Of a stretch of 37,900 bases of DNA, positions 8,570 to 15,957 are shown piece after piece (positions within the stretch are counted from its first letter, which is position 1; each line of letters opens with the position of its first letter). The notes under the pieces were generated by a model, which ran no database searches, had not been told where the DNA came from, and was given only the letters and a program-made list of their open reading frames with translations. The position numbers were made by a program, and so were the translations under genes. The DNA is from an uncultured Candidatus Saccharibacteria bacterium. GTDB lineage: Bacteria; Patescibacteriota; CPR2; UBA1875; CAIMLA01. The stretch lies in the NCBI GenBank assembly GCA_964471065.1, contig CAYYEV010000002.1, positions 1 to 37,900 of the forward strand, in the 5' to 3' direction.

Positions 8570-11500
8570 ATGGAACTAATCCAGGAAATAAGCTTAGCAA
8601 TACTTAGAGGTGGCTGGACTCTAATCGTTTGGACATGGTGGGTCGTCATTCCGGTTATTCTGTATTTTGCCTGGAAGAATCTAAAAAAAGCCCGTTATGT
8701 AGAACAAGCCAAACACATAGTTCTTTCTATCAAAATACCAAAGAACAACGACAAAGGGCCGGTTGCGGCCGAGATGATGTTTGCTTCACTCCACGGTATC
8801 CTTCAGCCCAAAAAGTCCAGAAACAAAGGTGACGTCGTTCAGGAACATTTAAGCTTTGAAATTGTTGCGACGACAAATGCGATTGAATTTTTCGCCTGGG
8901 TGCCCGAACATCTCCGTGATTTTGTCGAAGGACAGGTCTACGCTCAATATCCGACGGCCGAAATTACAGTTGTTGATGACTATACCAAGAACTTAGACAT
9001 AGACAACGATAAATTGGATGATTCCATCGCTGGAACCGAACTAAGTTTGGTCAAAAACTCAATTTATCCGATAAAAACCTTTCAAAACTTTGATGTCGAC
9101 CCTTTGGCCGGCATTACCGGCATGCTTTCAAAATTAGAAGGCGGGAGCGAAAGAGTCTGGATCCAGATCCTGGCCATGCCGATAGATGACGACTGGAGAG
9201 AAGGCGGCCTTGGCTACATCAAGAGCCGAAAAGATTCGCCCCAGAAACCAAAAGGGATTTTTTCTGATTTTCCGGGTTCTCTTTTTGCTGCTATTCCGGA
9301 AATAATCAGCTGGACTGTTTTTAATCTTTTTTATGGTCTGATTGGCGGTCCGGAGAAGAAAAAGGATGAGAAGAAAAAAGAAGAAAAGCCAAAATTGTCA
9401 CACCCCGAAGAGGTAGAGCTAACAGCAATTGAAGAAAAGGCTAATAAGCTTGGCTTTCGAGTTAAGGTTCGAGTCCTATATCTGGCCAAATCGACGGCCA
9501 AAGCCAAGGAAAGAATTCAGTCCGTTGTTGGTGCCTTCAAACAATTCAATACCACCAACCTGAATGGTTTTCAGGGTGACGCTATCTATACCGGTCAAGA
9601 ATTTTTGAATGCTTATAGGGCTAGGCTAATAACCGAGCCGTCATACATTTTAAATATCGAGGAGCTGGCCAGCCTCTACCATTTACCTCATGTTTCGGTT
9701 GAGACGCCCAATATCGTTTGGACCAGTTCAAAGAAGGGTGAGCCACCGGCTGGGCTACCTTATATAGAAGATCTAGCTCATGTCGACCCAGAAATAACAC
9801 CGCTAGCGATGACGACTCACCGTGGCGGCAATAAGCCTTTCGGCATCAAAAGAGACGATAGAAGACGTCATATGTACATCATCGGTAAAAGCGGGACGGG
9901 GAAATCAAGGTTACTTGAATCTTTGGCTATAAATGATATCCGAAGAGGCGAGGGTGTAGCTATCGTTGACCCACACGGTGAATTGATTGACCGGGTTTTG
10001 AAATATATCCCCAAAGAACGGGTAGATGATGTTGTTTATCTCAGCCCGGCCGACAGAGACTTTCCGATCGCTTTTAATCCCTTGGAGGCTACTCCGGAAT
10101 TCCGTGAAGAAGTGACTAACGGCTTTGTCTCGGTCCTGAAAAAGCAGTTCGGCTATTCTTGGGGGCCAAGACTGGAATATGTTTTGAAACACACCGTTTC
10201 AGCTTTAGTTGAAGTTGAAGGTTCAACGATGCTTGGCATTGTCCGAATGTTGACCGACAAAAATTACCGCAAAAAGATTGTCGGAGAAGTAACCGATCCG
10301 GTCGTTCAAATGTTTTGGCTCAAAGAATTTGCCTCATATAACGACAAAATGGCGACAGAAACAATTGCTCCGATCCTAAACAAAGTTGGTCAATTTACCG
10401 CTTCACCGATTATCAGAAACATTGTCGGTCAACCGCAAAGCAAGCTCGACTTCGCTAAAATTATGAATGAACAAAAAATTCTTTTGGTTGATCTCTCTAC
10501 CGGCAAGATAGGGGAAGCTAACTCGGAACTCATCGGTTCGATGCTAATTACTAAGATTCAGCTTGCCGCTATGAGCCGGGCTTACATCCCGGAAAATCAG
10601 CGAAAAGATTTTTATCTTTACGTTGATGAGTTTCAGAATTTTGCGACGGAATCTTTTGGCGTTATCTTATCAGAAGCCAGGAAATATCGGTTATCATTGA
10701 CGGTCGCCAATCAATACATCGCTCAGATGGATGAGAACGTCCGTGACGCCGTTTTTGGCAATGTCGGGACCCTGATATCATTTCGGGTTGGTGCGACCGA
10801 TGCGACCTATCTAGAAAAGGAATTTGCCCCGGTCTTTGTCCAAAACGACCTCATCAACCTGGACACTAGGAATGTTTACCTTAATATGCTTATTGATGGC
10901 GTCGCTAGTGTCCCTTTTAGCGCCATGACTTTGGACTCACCAAAGATCACCGAGGACTTGTCAGCTGTCATCACCGCCGTTTCCAGGGAAAAATACGGTA
11001 CGCCGAAAAAAGAAATCGAAGAAAATATCCGAAGATGGTACAACGTTGACTCGGTTATTGCCGGTGTCAACGCCAACGAGGCAGAAAATCCGATTAAGCA
11101 AAAAACCGAAAGAGAAACCGGAGAAAAGAAAAACGATTTAAAGAAGGCTATACAGGAAGCTTTGGATGATTCAAAAGTAATAATTAAAAATGAAAAACCA
11201 CCCGCCTCCGCTAAAGCGGAGTTTATCCGCCCCTGGCGGGGAACGGGCAAGCAAAACAAAAAAGTTGCCGAAGATAGGGTAGAAAAAGCTGAAAATCAGC
11301 CTACGGCTGACCAACCGAAGGTTGGAAAAACCGAGAAGAAAAGGGAAGAAAAAGCCGTTTCTTCTCCCGTCATTGCGAGAAGAAAACTCGACAGCCTGCC
11401 CGACCTCCGGCGGGAAGCAATCTCGGGCCAGTCAACAAATAATAGCCAGATTGGGAAAGACTATAAAAAAATTGATAAAAATATCCTTCGGGATATTATC

Positions 11501-11770
11501 AAAGAAGTGACCAAGCCAAGCGACCATCGTCGTTCAGAAAAGAATTTAGAATCTAGAGTCCAGAGTTCAGGAGGAGAACAGGGAAGCCACAAAACGAAAC
11601 ACAAGGAGACAAAAGGCGAGGATCATGATAAATTTACTCATCTTCACCAAAAAAAGGTGAGGGAAGTAACGGCCGAAGAATTCCACAAACTTCGAACGAT
11701 AGAGCCACACGAAAAAATTAAAATAAAAGAAACCAAAGAGATCAAACCGGGTGAGACAGTCAAGTTTTAA
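8570..11770 (+). CDS. Large membrane-anchored P-loop ATPase of the VirD4/TraG/TraD (type IV coupling protein, FtsK/HerA superfamily) type, with a Lys/Glu-rich tail of about 270 aa
   Basis: It has an N-terminal TM region (WTLIVWTWWVVIPVILYFAW). Walker A is IIGKSGTGKSRLL and the Walker B-like segment is FYLYVDEFQNFATESF...ARKYRLSLTVANQYIAQM (TraG-D_C-like). The C-terminus is low-complexity K/E-rich. Confidence 0.7.
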   Translation: MELIQEISLAILRGGWTLIVWTWWVVIPVILYFAWKNLKKARYVEQAKHIVLSIKIPKNNDKGPVAAEMMFASLHGILQPKKSRNKGDVVQEHLSFEIVATTNAIEFFAWVPEHLRDFVEGQVYAQYPTAEITVVDDYTKNLDIDNDKLDDSIAGTELSLVKNSIYPIKTFQNFDVDPLAGITGMLSKLEGGSERVWIQILAMPIDDDWREGGLGYIKSRKDSPQKPKGIFSDFPGSLFAAIPEIISWTVFNLFYGLIGGPEKKKDEKKKEEKPKLSHPEEVELTAIEEKANKLGFRVKVRVLYLAKSTAKAKERIQSVVGAFKQFNTTNLNGFQGDAIYTGQEFLNAYRARLITEPSYILNIEELASLYHLPHVSVETPNIVWTSSKKGEPPAGLPYIEDLAHVDPEITPLAMTTHRGGNKPFGIKRDDRRRHMYIIGKSGTGKSRLLESLAINDIRRGEGVAIVDPHGELIDRVLKYIPKERVDDVVYLSPADRDFPIAFNPLEATPEFREEVTNGFVSVLKKQFGYSWGPRLEYVLKHTVSALVEVEGSTMLGIVRMLTDKNYRKKIVGEVTDPVVQMFWLKEFASYNDKMATETIAPILNKVGQFTASPIIRNIVGQPQSKLDFAKIMNEQKILLVDLSTGKIGEANSELIGSMLITKIQLAAMSRAYIPENQRKDFYLYVDEFQNFATESFGVILSEARKYRLSLTVANQYIAQMDENVRDAVFGNVGTLISFRVGATDATYLEKEFAPVFVQNDLINLDTRNVYLNMLIDGVASVPFSAMTLDSPKITEDLSAVITAVSREKYGTPKKEIEENIRRWYNVDSVIAGVNANEAENPIKQKTERETGEKKNDLKKAIQEALDDSKVIIKNEKPPASAKAEFIRPWRGTGKQNKKVAEDRVEKAENQPTADQPKVGKTEKKREEKAVSSPVIARRKLDSLPDLRREAISGQSTNNSQIGKDYKKIDKNILRDIIKEVTKPSDHRRSEKNLESRVQSSGGEQGSHKTKHKETKGEDHDKFTHLHQKKVREVTAEEFHKLRTIEPHEKIKIKETKEIKPGETVKF

Positions 11771-11829
11771 TTATTTTAATAAATAAAACATAATTTCTTT
11801 TTGGCAATAGTCGCGGAGAGAGGGCGGGG

Positions 11830-11858
11830 GAAAATAATTTAAAATTATTTTCTTTTTT
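11830..11858 (+). terminator. Candidate intrinsic terminator after the ATPase gene
   Basis: gaaaataatt-taa-aattattttc forms a 10-bp (AT-rich) stem followed by ttttttatttatt. It is nested inside a possible outer GC stem (ggcgggg at 11824-11830 / ccccgcc at 11871-11877). Confidence 0.4.
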
Positions 11859-12210
11859 ATTTATTATCTACCCCGCCTCCCCTTCAAAAAACAAAAACTG
11901 ACAGCCGGTAAACTAGGTGGCCAAGTTATATTATTTATTTAATTAATTATTATATTTGGGCGAGCCTTGGACAGGAAAGAGAAGATCCGGATTTCTCCCT
12001 AATGTGATATCAGTTAGACCAAACGCCCCTGCCATCTCTTGATAAAGACTCTGTCGCACAATGTATCTTGCACGACTTTTAAGAATTTTAGACAAGGCCG
12101 ATAGATAGGTCATTTTTTATAGAACGAAATAATAAGAAATACTTATTTATAAGTATTATTTGGCTTTTTGTTTGTCACTTTTCCTGTCATTCCATGTCCA
12201 TCCTTTTGTC

Positions 12211-12263
12211 ATTCCCTCGAAAGCGGGAATCCATCTAAATAGATTCCGGATCAAGTCCGGAAT
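12211..12263. repeat. Two REP-like GC hairpin modules
   Basis: attccc-tcgaaagc-gggaat (12211-12230) and attccgga-tcaag-tccggaat (12243-12263). gtcattcc occurs 3 times nearby. Translation gives WIPAFEGMT and VIPDLIRN-type strings, which are typical of spurious ORFs over such repeats. Confidence 0.6.
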
Positions 12264-12531
12264 GACATTCATAAATTTTATAAATTGATTTGTAATTTGT
12301 AATTGGTCATTAGTAATTATTGTTGTAGGGTATCGAACCGGATCTTTCTGCCAGGGACCAAGTCCGTAATTATTTTTCAATTATTTAATTCGTCATCCGG
12401 CTCTTCTCTCTCCCCTATTTTTCATTTTTGTAATTTTTAATTTATTAATTGCAATTTCTTAGTCTCTAGCATTTCTCTTCACAAAATACTTGACAATATC
12501 ATAAAGCGTTAATGTTCAGAGAGGACGCAAA

Positions 12532-12831
12532 ATGGACGACGACCACAGGAAATGGGAAGACCAGCTTGCCCGGTTCTTTGAGGACCACCTAGACGGCAAG
12601 GAGCCTCGGCTTTTGTCGCCGCCCTATGTCGAGCTGGGCAAGCATGTGTCTGAGTGCCAACACTGCCAGGCAGCCTACGCCACGGTGTCACACTCGTGGA
12701 TTACCAACCCCAATTGGTCGCCCGAGGAGGAGGTCAGAGAGGCCATCGAGGCCGAATTCCGGCACTTTGGCATCACGCTAGACCGAAGTCCTGAACAGGT
12801 CGATCTTGAAAAGGAGTCTGAGGTGTCCTAG
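12532..12831 (+). CDS. Small acidic hypothetical protein with an HxxxCxxC (zf-HC2 anti-sigma-like) motif. Its composition is foreign to the host.
   Basis: RBS gagagga lies 7 nt upstream of the ATG. There is a strong G/C third-position bias (gac gac gac cac ... ctg ggc aag) unlike neighbouring genes. The motif reads LGKHVSECQHCQAAY. Confidence 0.65.
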   Translation: MDDDHRKWEDQLARFFEDHLDGKEPRLLSPPYVELGKHVSECQHCQAAYATVSHSWITNPNWSPEEEVREAIEAEFRHFGITLDRSPEQVDLEKESEVS

Positions 12832-12886
12832 TAGAAGCGCTTCACCAACAACATACATATGCGCCCGCCGCGTTCGTCAAGGATGT

Positions 12887-12950
12887 GAGCCCTCACAACG
12901 GGAAGGCAACTCAGCTATATGCTGAGCTAGCCAAACCGGGGTGAGGGCTC
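12887..12950 (+). other. Nested stem-loop downstream of the 12532 ORF
   Basis: The outer 10-bp stem is gagccctcac (12887-12896) / gtgagggctc (12941-12950). The inner hairpin is ctcagc-tatat-gctgag (12910-12926). No U-tract follows. Confidence 0.4.
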
Positions 12951-13009
12951 GATCCATTCTTAGCCATTATTTTCAACTTTGTTATTTTGTTGTTTTGTTA
13001 TTTAGTTAT

Positions 13010-13261
13010 TTAGTCTTTTACTATATACTTTTTGCCTCTGAGGCCTTCGACATAGATTTTGTGCCAGGCAACCGGCCCGCAGACAAAGCCAATCAAGGCG
13101 CCGATAACGACTGCCAGCCCGTAAAGGACGACCAGAAGATTTAGCTCGTCATAGATCCAATACGAGACAAGCTCTAGGATACCGGCAAGCATAACGGCGA
13201 TTAATACTCCGGTAATAACCCAGAGGACTAGATAGGTGATTTTTTTGGTTGTTCCATTCAT
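13010..13261 (-). CDS. Small two-TM membrane protein (hypothetical)
   Basis: 83 aa with two clear hydrophobic helices (ITYLVLWVITGVLIAVMLAGIL and LLVVLYGLAVVIGALIGFVCG). No convincing Shine-Dalgarno. Confidence 0.5.
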   Translation of the reverse strand: MNGTTKKITYLVLWVITGVLIAVMLAGILELVSYWIYDELNLLVVLYGLAVVIGALIGFVCGPVAWHKIYVEGLRGKKYIVKD

Positions 13262-13330
13262 TTGTTTTTAACCCCAGCGCTGCAAGCCGGAGCCCTTTCT
13301 TCTTATAATAGTTTAATTATACACTTTTCT

Positions 13331-13387
13331 AATTTTTAATTTGAAGTTTGTAATCAAATCCAATGATAAATTTTAAATTAATCAACA
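13331..13387. repeat. AT-rich intergenic element, copy A (copy B at 33980-34029)
   Basis: aatttttaattt(gaagtt)tgtaatcaaatccaatgataaattttaaattaatcaaca aligns with aatttttaatttgtaatcaaattcaataataaattattaattaatcaaca. There are a few mismatches and one indel of about 6 nt. Confidence 0.7.
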
Positions 13388-13493
13388 ATTTCAACGTTTT
13401 CCCCGACGTTACAGTCGGGATTTTCGACAACATTTCAACAGCTCTCTTGCCCAACGTTTTTAACAATTTCAACGATTCTTTTTCTTTTTTAGC

Positions 13494-13522
13494 TTGACCG
13501 TCCTCTCCCCTTGTTATATAGT
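13494..13522 (+). promoter_or_regulatory. Candidate sigma-70 promoter for the 13647 ORF
   Basis: TTGACC (13494-13499), a 17-nt spacer, then TATAGT (13517-13522). Confidence 0.45.
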
Positions 13523-13646
13523 TGTCTCTATTCACAAAACTAAAGTTGTGCGTACCACCCGTGTCCGGCGCTTACAAAAGTCAAAGCTAAGGGGACTCTT
13601 TCCGGTATCAGTCGTCACTCATAGGGATAGGCTTGGGGGGCCAAAA

Positions 13647-13919
13647 GTGATTGGAACTATCGCGATCAGCCTAGTGGTGTCAATCCTGCTCGCTTACTGG
13701 CTGGCTCTGAACGAAAGTCGGATTCGACGAGTCTTTCGTCTGTTCGATTACCACACATCCCTGAGATCAGCCATCAAGGCTGCCAGGGCGAGCCACCCCT
13801 ACCCCACAGAAGTCCTCTGCCAGTTCTACTGTGCAGAGGACTGGGAACGAGAGCGCCAGGAGCTATTGGACGATGACCCGGATGACCCGGGGCTCCGTCG
13901 TTTCATCGCCACTCATTAA
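13647..13919 (+). CDS. Small hypothetical protein with an N-terminal TM helix; GC3-rich, foreign composition
   Basis: GTG at 13647 is preceded by gggggg (Shine-Dalgarno-like). The product begins VIGTIAISLVVSILLAYWLAL..., and codons end mostly in G/C. The alternative start GTG 13548, or the listed TTG 13494 (which coincides with the predicted -35), cannot be excluded. Confidence 0.55.
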   Translation: MIGTIAISLVVSILLAYWLALNESRIRRVFRLFDYHTSLRSAIKAARASHPYPTEVLCQFYCAEDWERERQELLDDDPDDPGLRRFIATH

Positions 13920-13950
13920 AGACACCAAAGTACGTGTCGGGCACAAAAAA

Positions 13951-13979
13951 AGAGCGTCGCCTACCGGAAGCGACGCTCT
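13951..13979. terminator. Bidirectional intrinsic terminator between convergent genes
   Basis: agagcgtcgc-ctaccggaa-gcgacgctct forms a 10-bp GC-rich stem. An A7 run flanks it on the left and ttt on the right. Confidence 0.75.
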
Positions 13980-13982
13980 TTC

Positions 13983-14801
13983 CTATTTATAAAAAATTTT
14001 ATTATCAATTCTAAGATCGATATATTCTAAACTTCTCTTGCCCGATCTCCTTGCTTCTTCGACAACTCGAGCCAGATTTATAAGTTCATTTTTAGCCGTT
14101 CTGGTTGTATCGAAATAAGCATACCAACTGGAATTTGAGTAAGCTTTTAGTTCACTCGTTGTATCGACAACTTCCAGCTTGACCATCTTAGCACCAGTAA
14201 TCGTTTCAAAGTCTTTCTTCAAATCCATAACAAAAGTAGCAAATGATGGCGGAACCGGTTTCTTGCCTATCTCGGTCGGAATGTTCTTGGTATCGATAAC
14301 GACCGGGGTGTCTCGAAATTTATCTTCAAAGTTGCCCCAGATCATACCGGATTCATCCACCAGATATCTGTGGTCCAGAACCTGCCAAACAAAAGCCGGT
14401 TCTCTCTCGGCAACGACAAGAGACAAGGCGTCGGGATATTTTTTACTTATCCGGACAGATTTAATCCCCGGGATAGCCAAAATCTTTTTTTCGAGACCTC
14501 CTCTATTAAAAGTAATTAGGTTTTGATTCAAAATAAAACCTGTTTTATAAGCCTCAACCGGTTTTTCGACATTGGCTCGATCTTGATATTTGAGATCGTT
14601 TAGCTCTACCCTTTTTATCCTAAAGACCGGCGAGAAAAGAATTAAATAAGTAATCCCAATGAGCGTAATAATCAAAAAGACGGCCAGAAAGCCTTTCTTG
14701 AAATCCCTCCTGACTATATCCTGTTGGGTTCTGGAATAGATAGAGGGCTGTCTCCGGCCTCTATCTAGTCTCCCCTGCCCTAATTTACTCCTCCTTATCA
14801 T
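13983..14801 (-). CDS. ftsQ: Cell division protein FtsQ/DivIB (POTRA domain)
   Basis: It has a basic N-terminus, a single TM helix (FLAVFLIITLIGITYLILF) and a POTRA-like segment (FRIKRVELNDLKY...). It is the last gene of the dcw cluster. Confidence 0.8.
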   Translation of the reverse strand: MIRRSKLGQGRLDRGRRQPSIYSRTQQDIVRRDFKKGFLAVFLIITLIGITYLILFSPVFRIKRVELNDLKYQDRANVEKPVEAYKTGFILNQNLITFNRGGLEKKILAIPGIKSVRISKKYPDALSLVVAEREPAFVWQVLDHRYLVDESGMIWGNFEDKFRDTPVVIDTKNIPTEIGKKPVPPSFATFVMDLKKDFETITGAKMVKLEVVDTTSELKAYSNSSWYAYFDTTRTAKNELINLARVVEEARRSGKRSLEYIDLRIDNKIFYK

Positions 14802-15957
14802 CTTCTTCTCTGGCCAAAAATTCTTTTGCTACTTTGATAATCTCGCCTGAAACCAACTTAGCAGCCTCTGTTTTGGCATACTCGTGAATGTGCTCGGCCA
14901 TTTTCTTCATATCCTCCGGCTGTTCGACCAAAAGGTCGATTTGGCGGGCCAATTTCTTTCCGGTCAAATGTTCCTGAAGCATAAGAAGGGCCGCTCCTGA
15001 TTGAGATAAAATCTTGGCGTTTGTTAACTGATGATCATTGGCCGAAGTCGAAAGCGGAATTAAAATAGTTGGTTTTGATAGCGATGCCAGCTCGGCGATA
15101 ACATTGTTCCCGGCTCGAGAAATGACCAGGTCCGAAACGGCAAAAGCATCTTTGAGATCACTTGATAAAAAATTATAGAGATGGTAGTGCTTGGCCAGTT
15201 TCGGAGTCAGTTTTTGGGCTCGAAAACTAAGCCAATCATAATCCCTCTCTCCCGAAACATGAATGAGTTGATATTTTTCTAGCAAAGCGTCCAAACAATC
15301 CGAAATCAATTGATTTATAATATAGGCGCCTTGACTGCCACCGATCACCATGACCACCGGCCGGTCTTTGTCCAGACCAAACTCTCTGATTCCCCTCGCC
15401 TTGTCCCCTTGATAAATGTCATCACGGATTGGATTACCGGTATAAACTAAGTTTTCCAACCCCGTCTCCTTGTAAGCTTCCAGAGGATATGCGACACAAA
15501 CTTTAGCCGCTTTTTTGGCTAGCAATCGATTCGAAAGACCAATGACGCTGTCCGATTCATGGATAACCAAAGGATAGCCCAGACTAATGGCTGCTTTACC
15601 AACCGGTAAGCTGACATAGCCACCTTTAGTAAAGACAACGTCAGGGTCAAACTCTGAGATAATTTTTTTGGCTTCGCCTATCCCCTTTTGATAACGAAAA
15701 AAATCCCGGCTGTTTTTGAAAAGAGTTGTCGGGTCAACTACATTTAGAAGCTGGTTTCTGTGATACCTTCTAAATTTGCCACAAGGAATTGATTTGAAGT
15801 CGATGCCCGTCTGAGGAATAATTTTGTTCTCCAGACCTTCCTCTGAACCGATATAAAGGATTTCCGTCGAAGCATCATAAGTTTTTATTTCATTGATTAC
15901 TGCCAAAACCGGGGATATATGCCCGCCAGTTCCGCCGCCAGAGACGATTATGCGCAA
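14785..15957 (-). CDS. murG: Undecaprenyldiphospho-muramoylpentapeptide beta-N-acetylglucosaminyltransferase MurG
   Basis: The N-terminus is MRIIVSGGGTGGHISP (the G-loop of MurG). The start is TTG with an aaaggag RBS. Confidence 0.9.
   Translation of the reverse strand: MRIIVSGGGTGGHISPVLAVINEIKTYDASTEILYIGSEEGLENKIIPQTGIDFKSIPCGKFRRYHRNQLLNVVDPTTLFKNSRDFFRYQKGIGEAKKIISEFDPDVVFTKGGYVSLPVGKAAISLGYPLVIHESDSVIGLSNRLLAKKAAKVCVAYPLEAYKETGLENLVYTGNPIRDDIYQGDKARGIREFGLDKDRPVVMVIGGSQGAYIINQLISDCLDALLEKYQLIHVSGERDYDWLSFRAQKLTPKLAKHYHLYNFLSSDLKDAFAVSDLVISRAGNNVIAELASLSKPTILIPLSTSANDHQLTNAKILSQSGAALLMLQEHLTGKKLARQIDLLVEQPEDMKKMAEHIHEYAKTEAAKLVSGEIIKVAKEFLAREEDDKEE

Noticed and set aside
10876-11510. 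Antisense 127-aa ORF and +2-frame 62-aa ORF within the tail of the ATPase gene
   Set aside because: The low-complexity K/E-rich coding region keeps several frames open. There is no RBS or domain signal.
11943-12113. 56-aa minus-strand ORF (MTYLSALSKILKSRARYIVRQSLYQEMAGAFGLTDITLGRNPDLLFPVQGSPKYNN)
   Set aside because: It has no Shine-Dalgarno and no recognisable domain, and it sits in repeat-rich non-coding DNA. It could be a gene remnant, but support is insufficient for a feature call.
12156-12380. 74-aa minus-strand ORF
   Set aside because: It is a translation of REP-like hairpins (WIPAFEGMT, VIPDLIRNL), a classic spurious-ORF signature.
12509-12691. 60-aa minus-strand ORF antisense to the GC-rich 12532 gene; also 12941-13144 (+) and 13329-13535 (-)
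   Set aside because: Open frames are expected by chance in GC-rich DNA or over AT-rich repeats (the ...KLQIKN tail). The sense ORFs show the codon-position bias and these do not.
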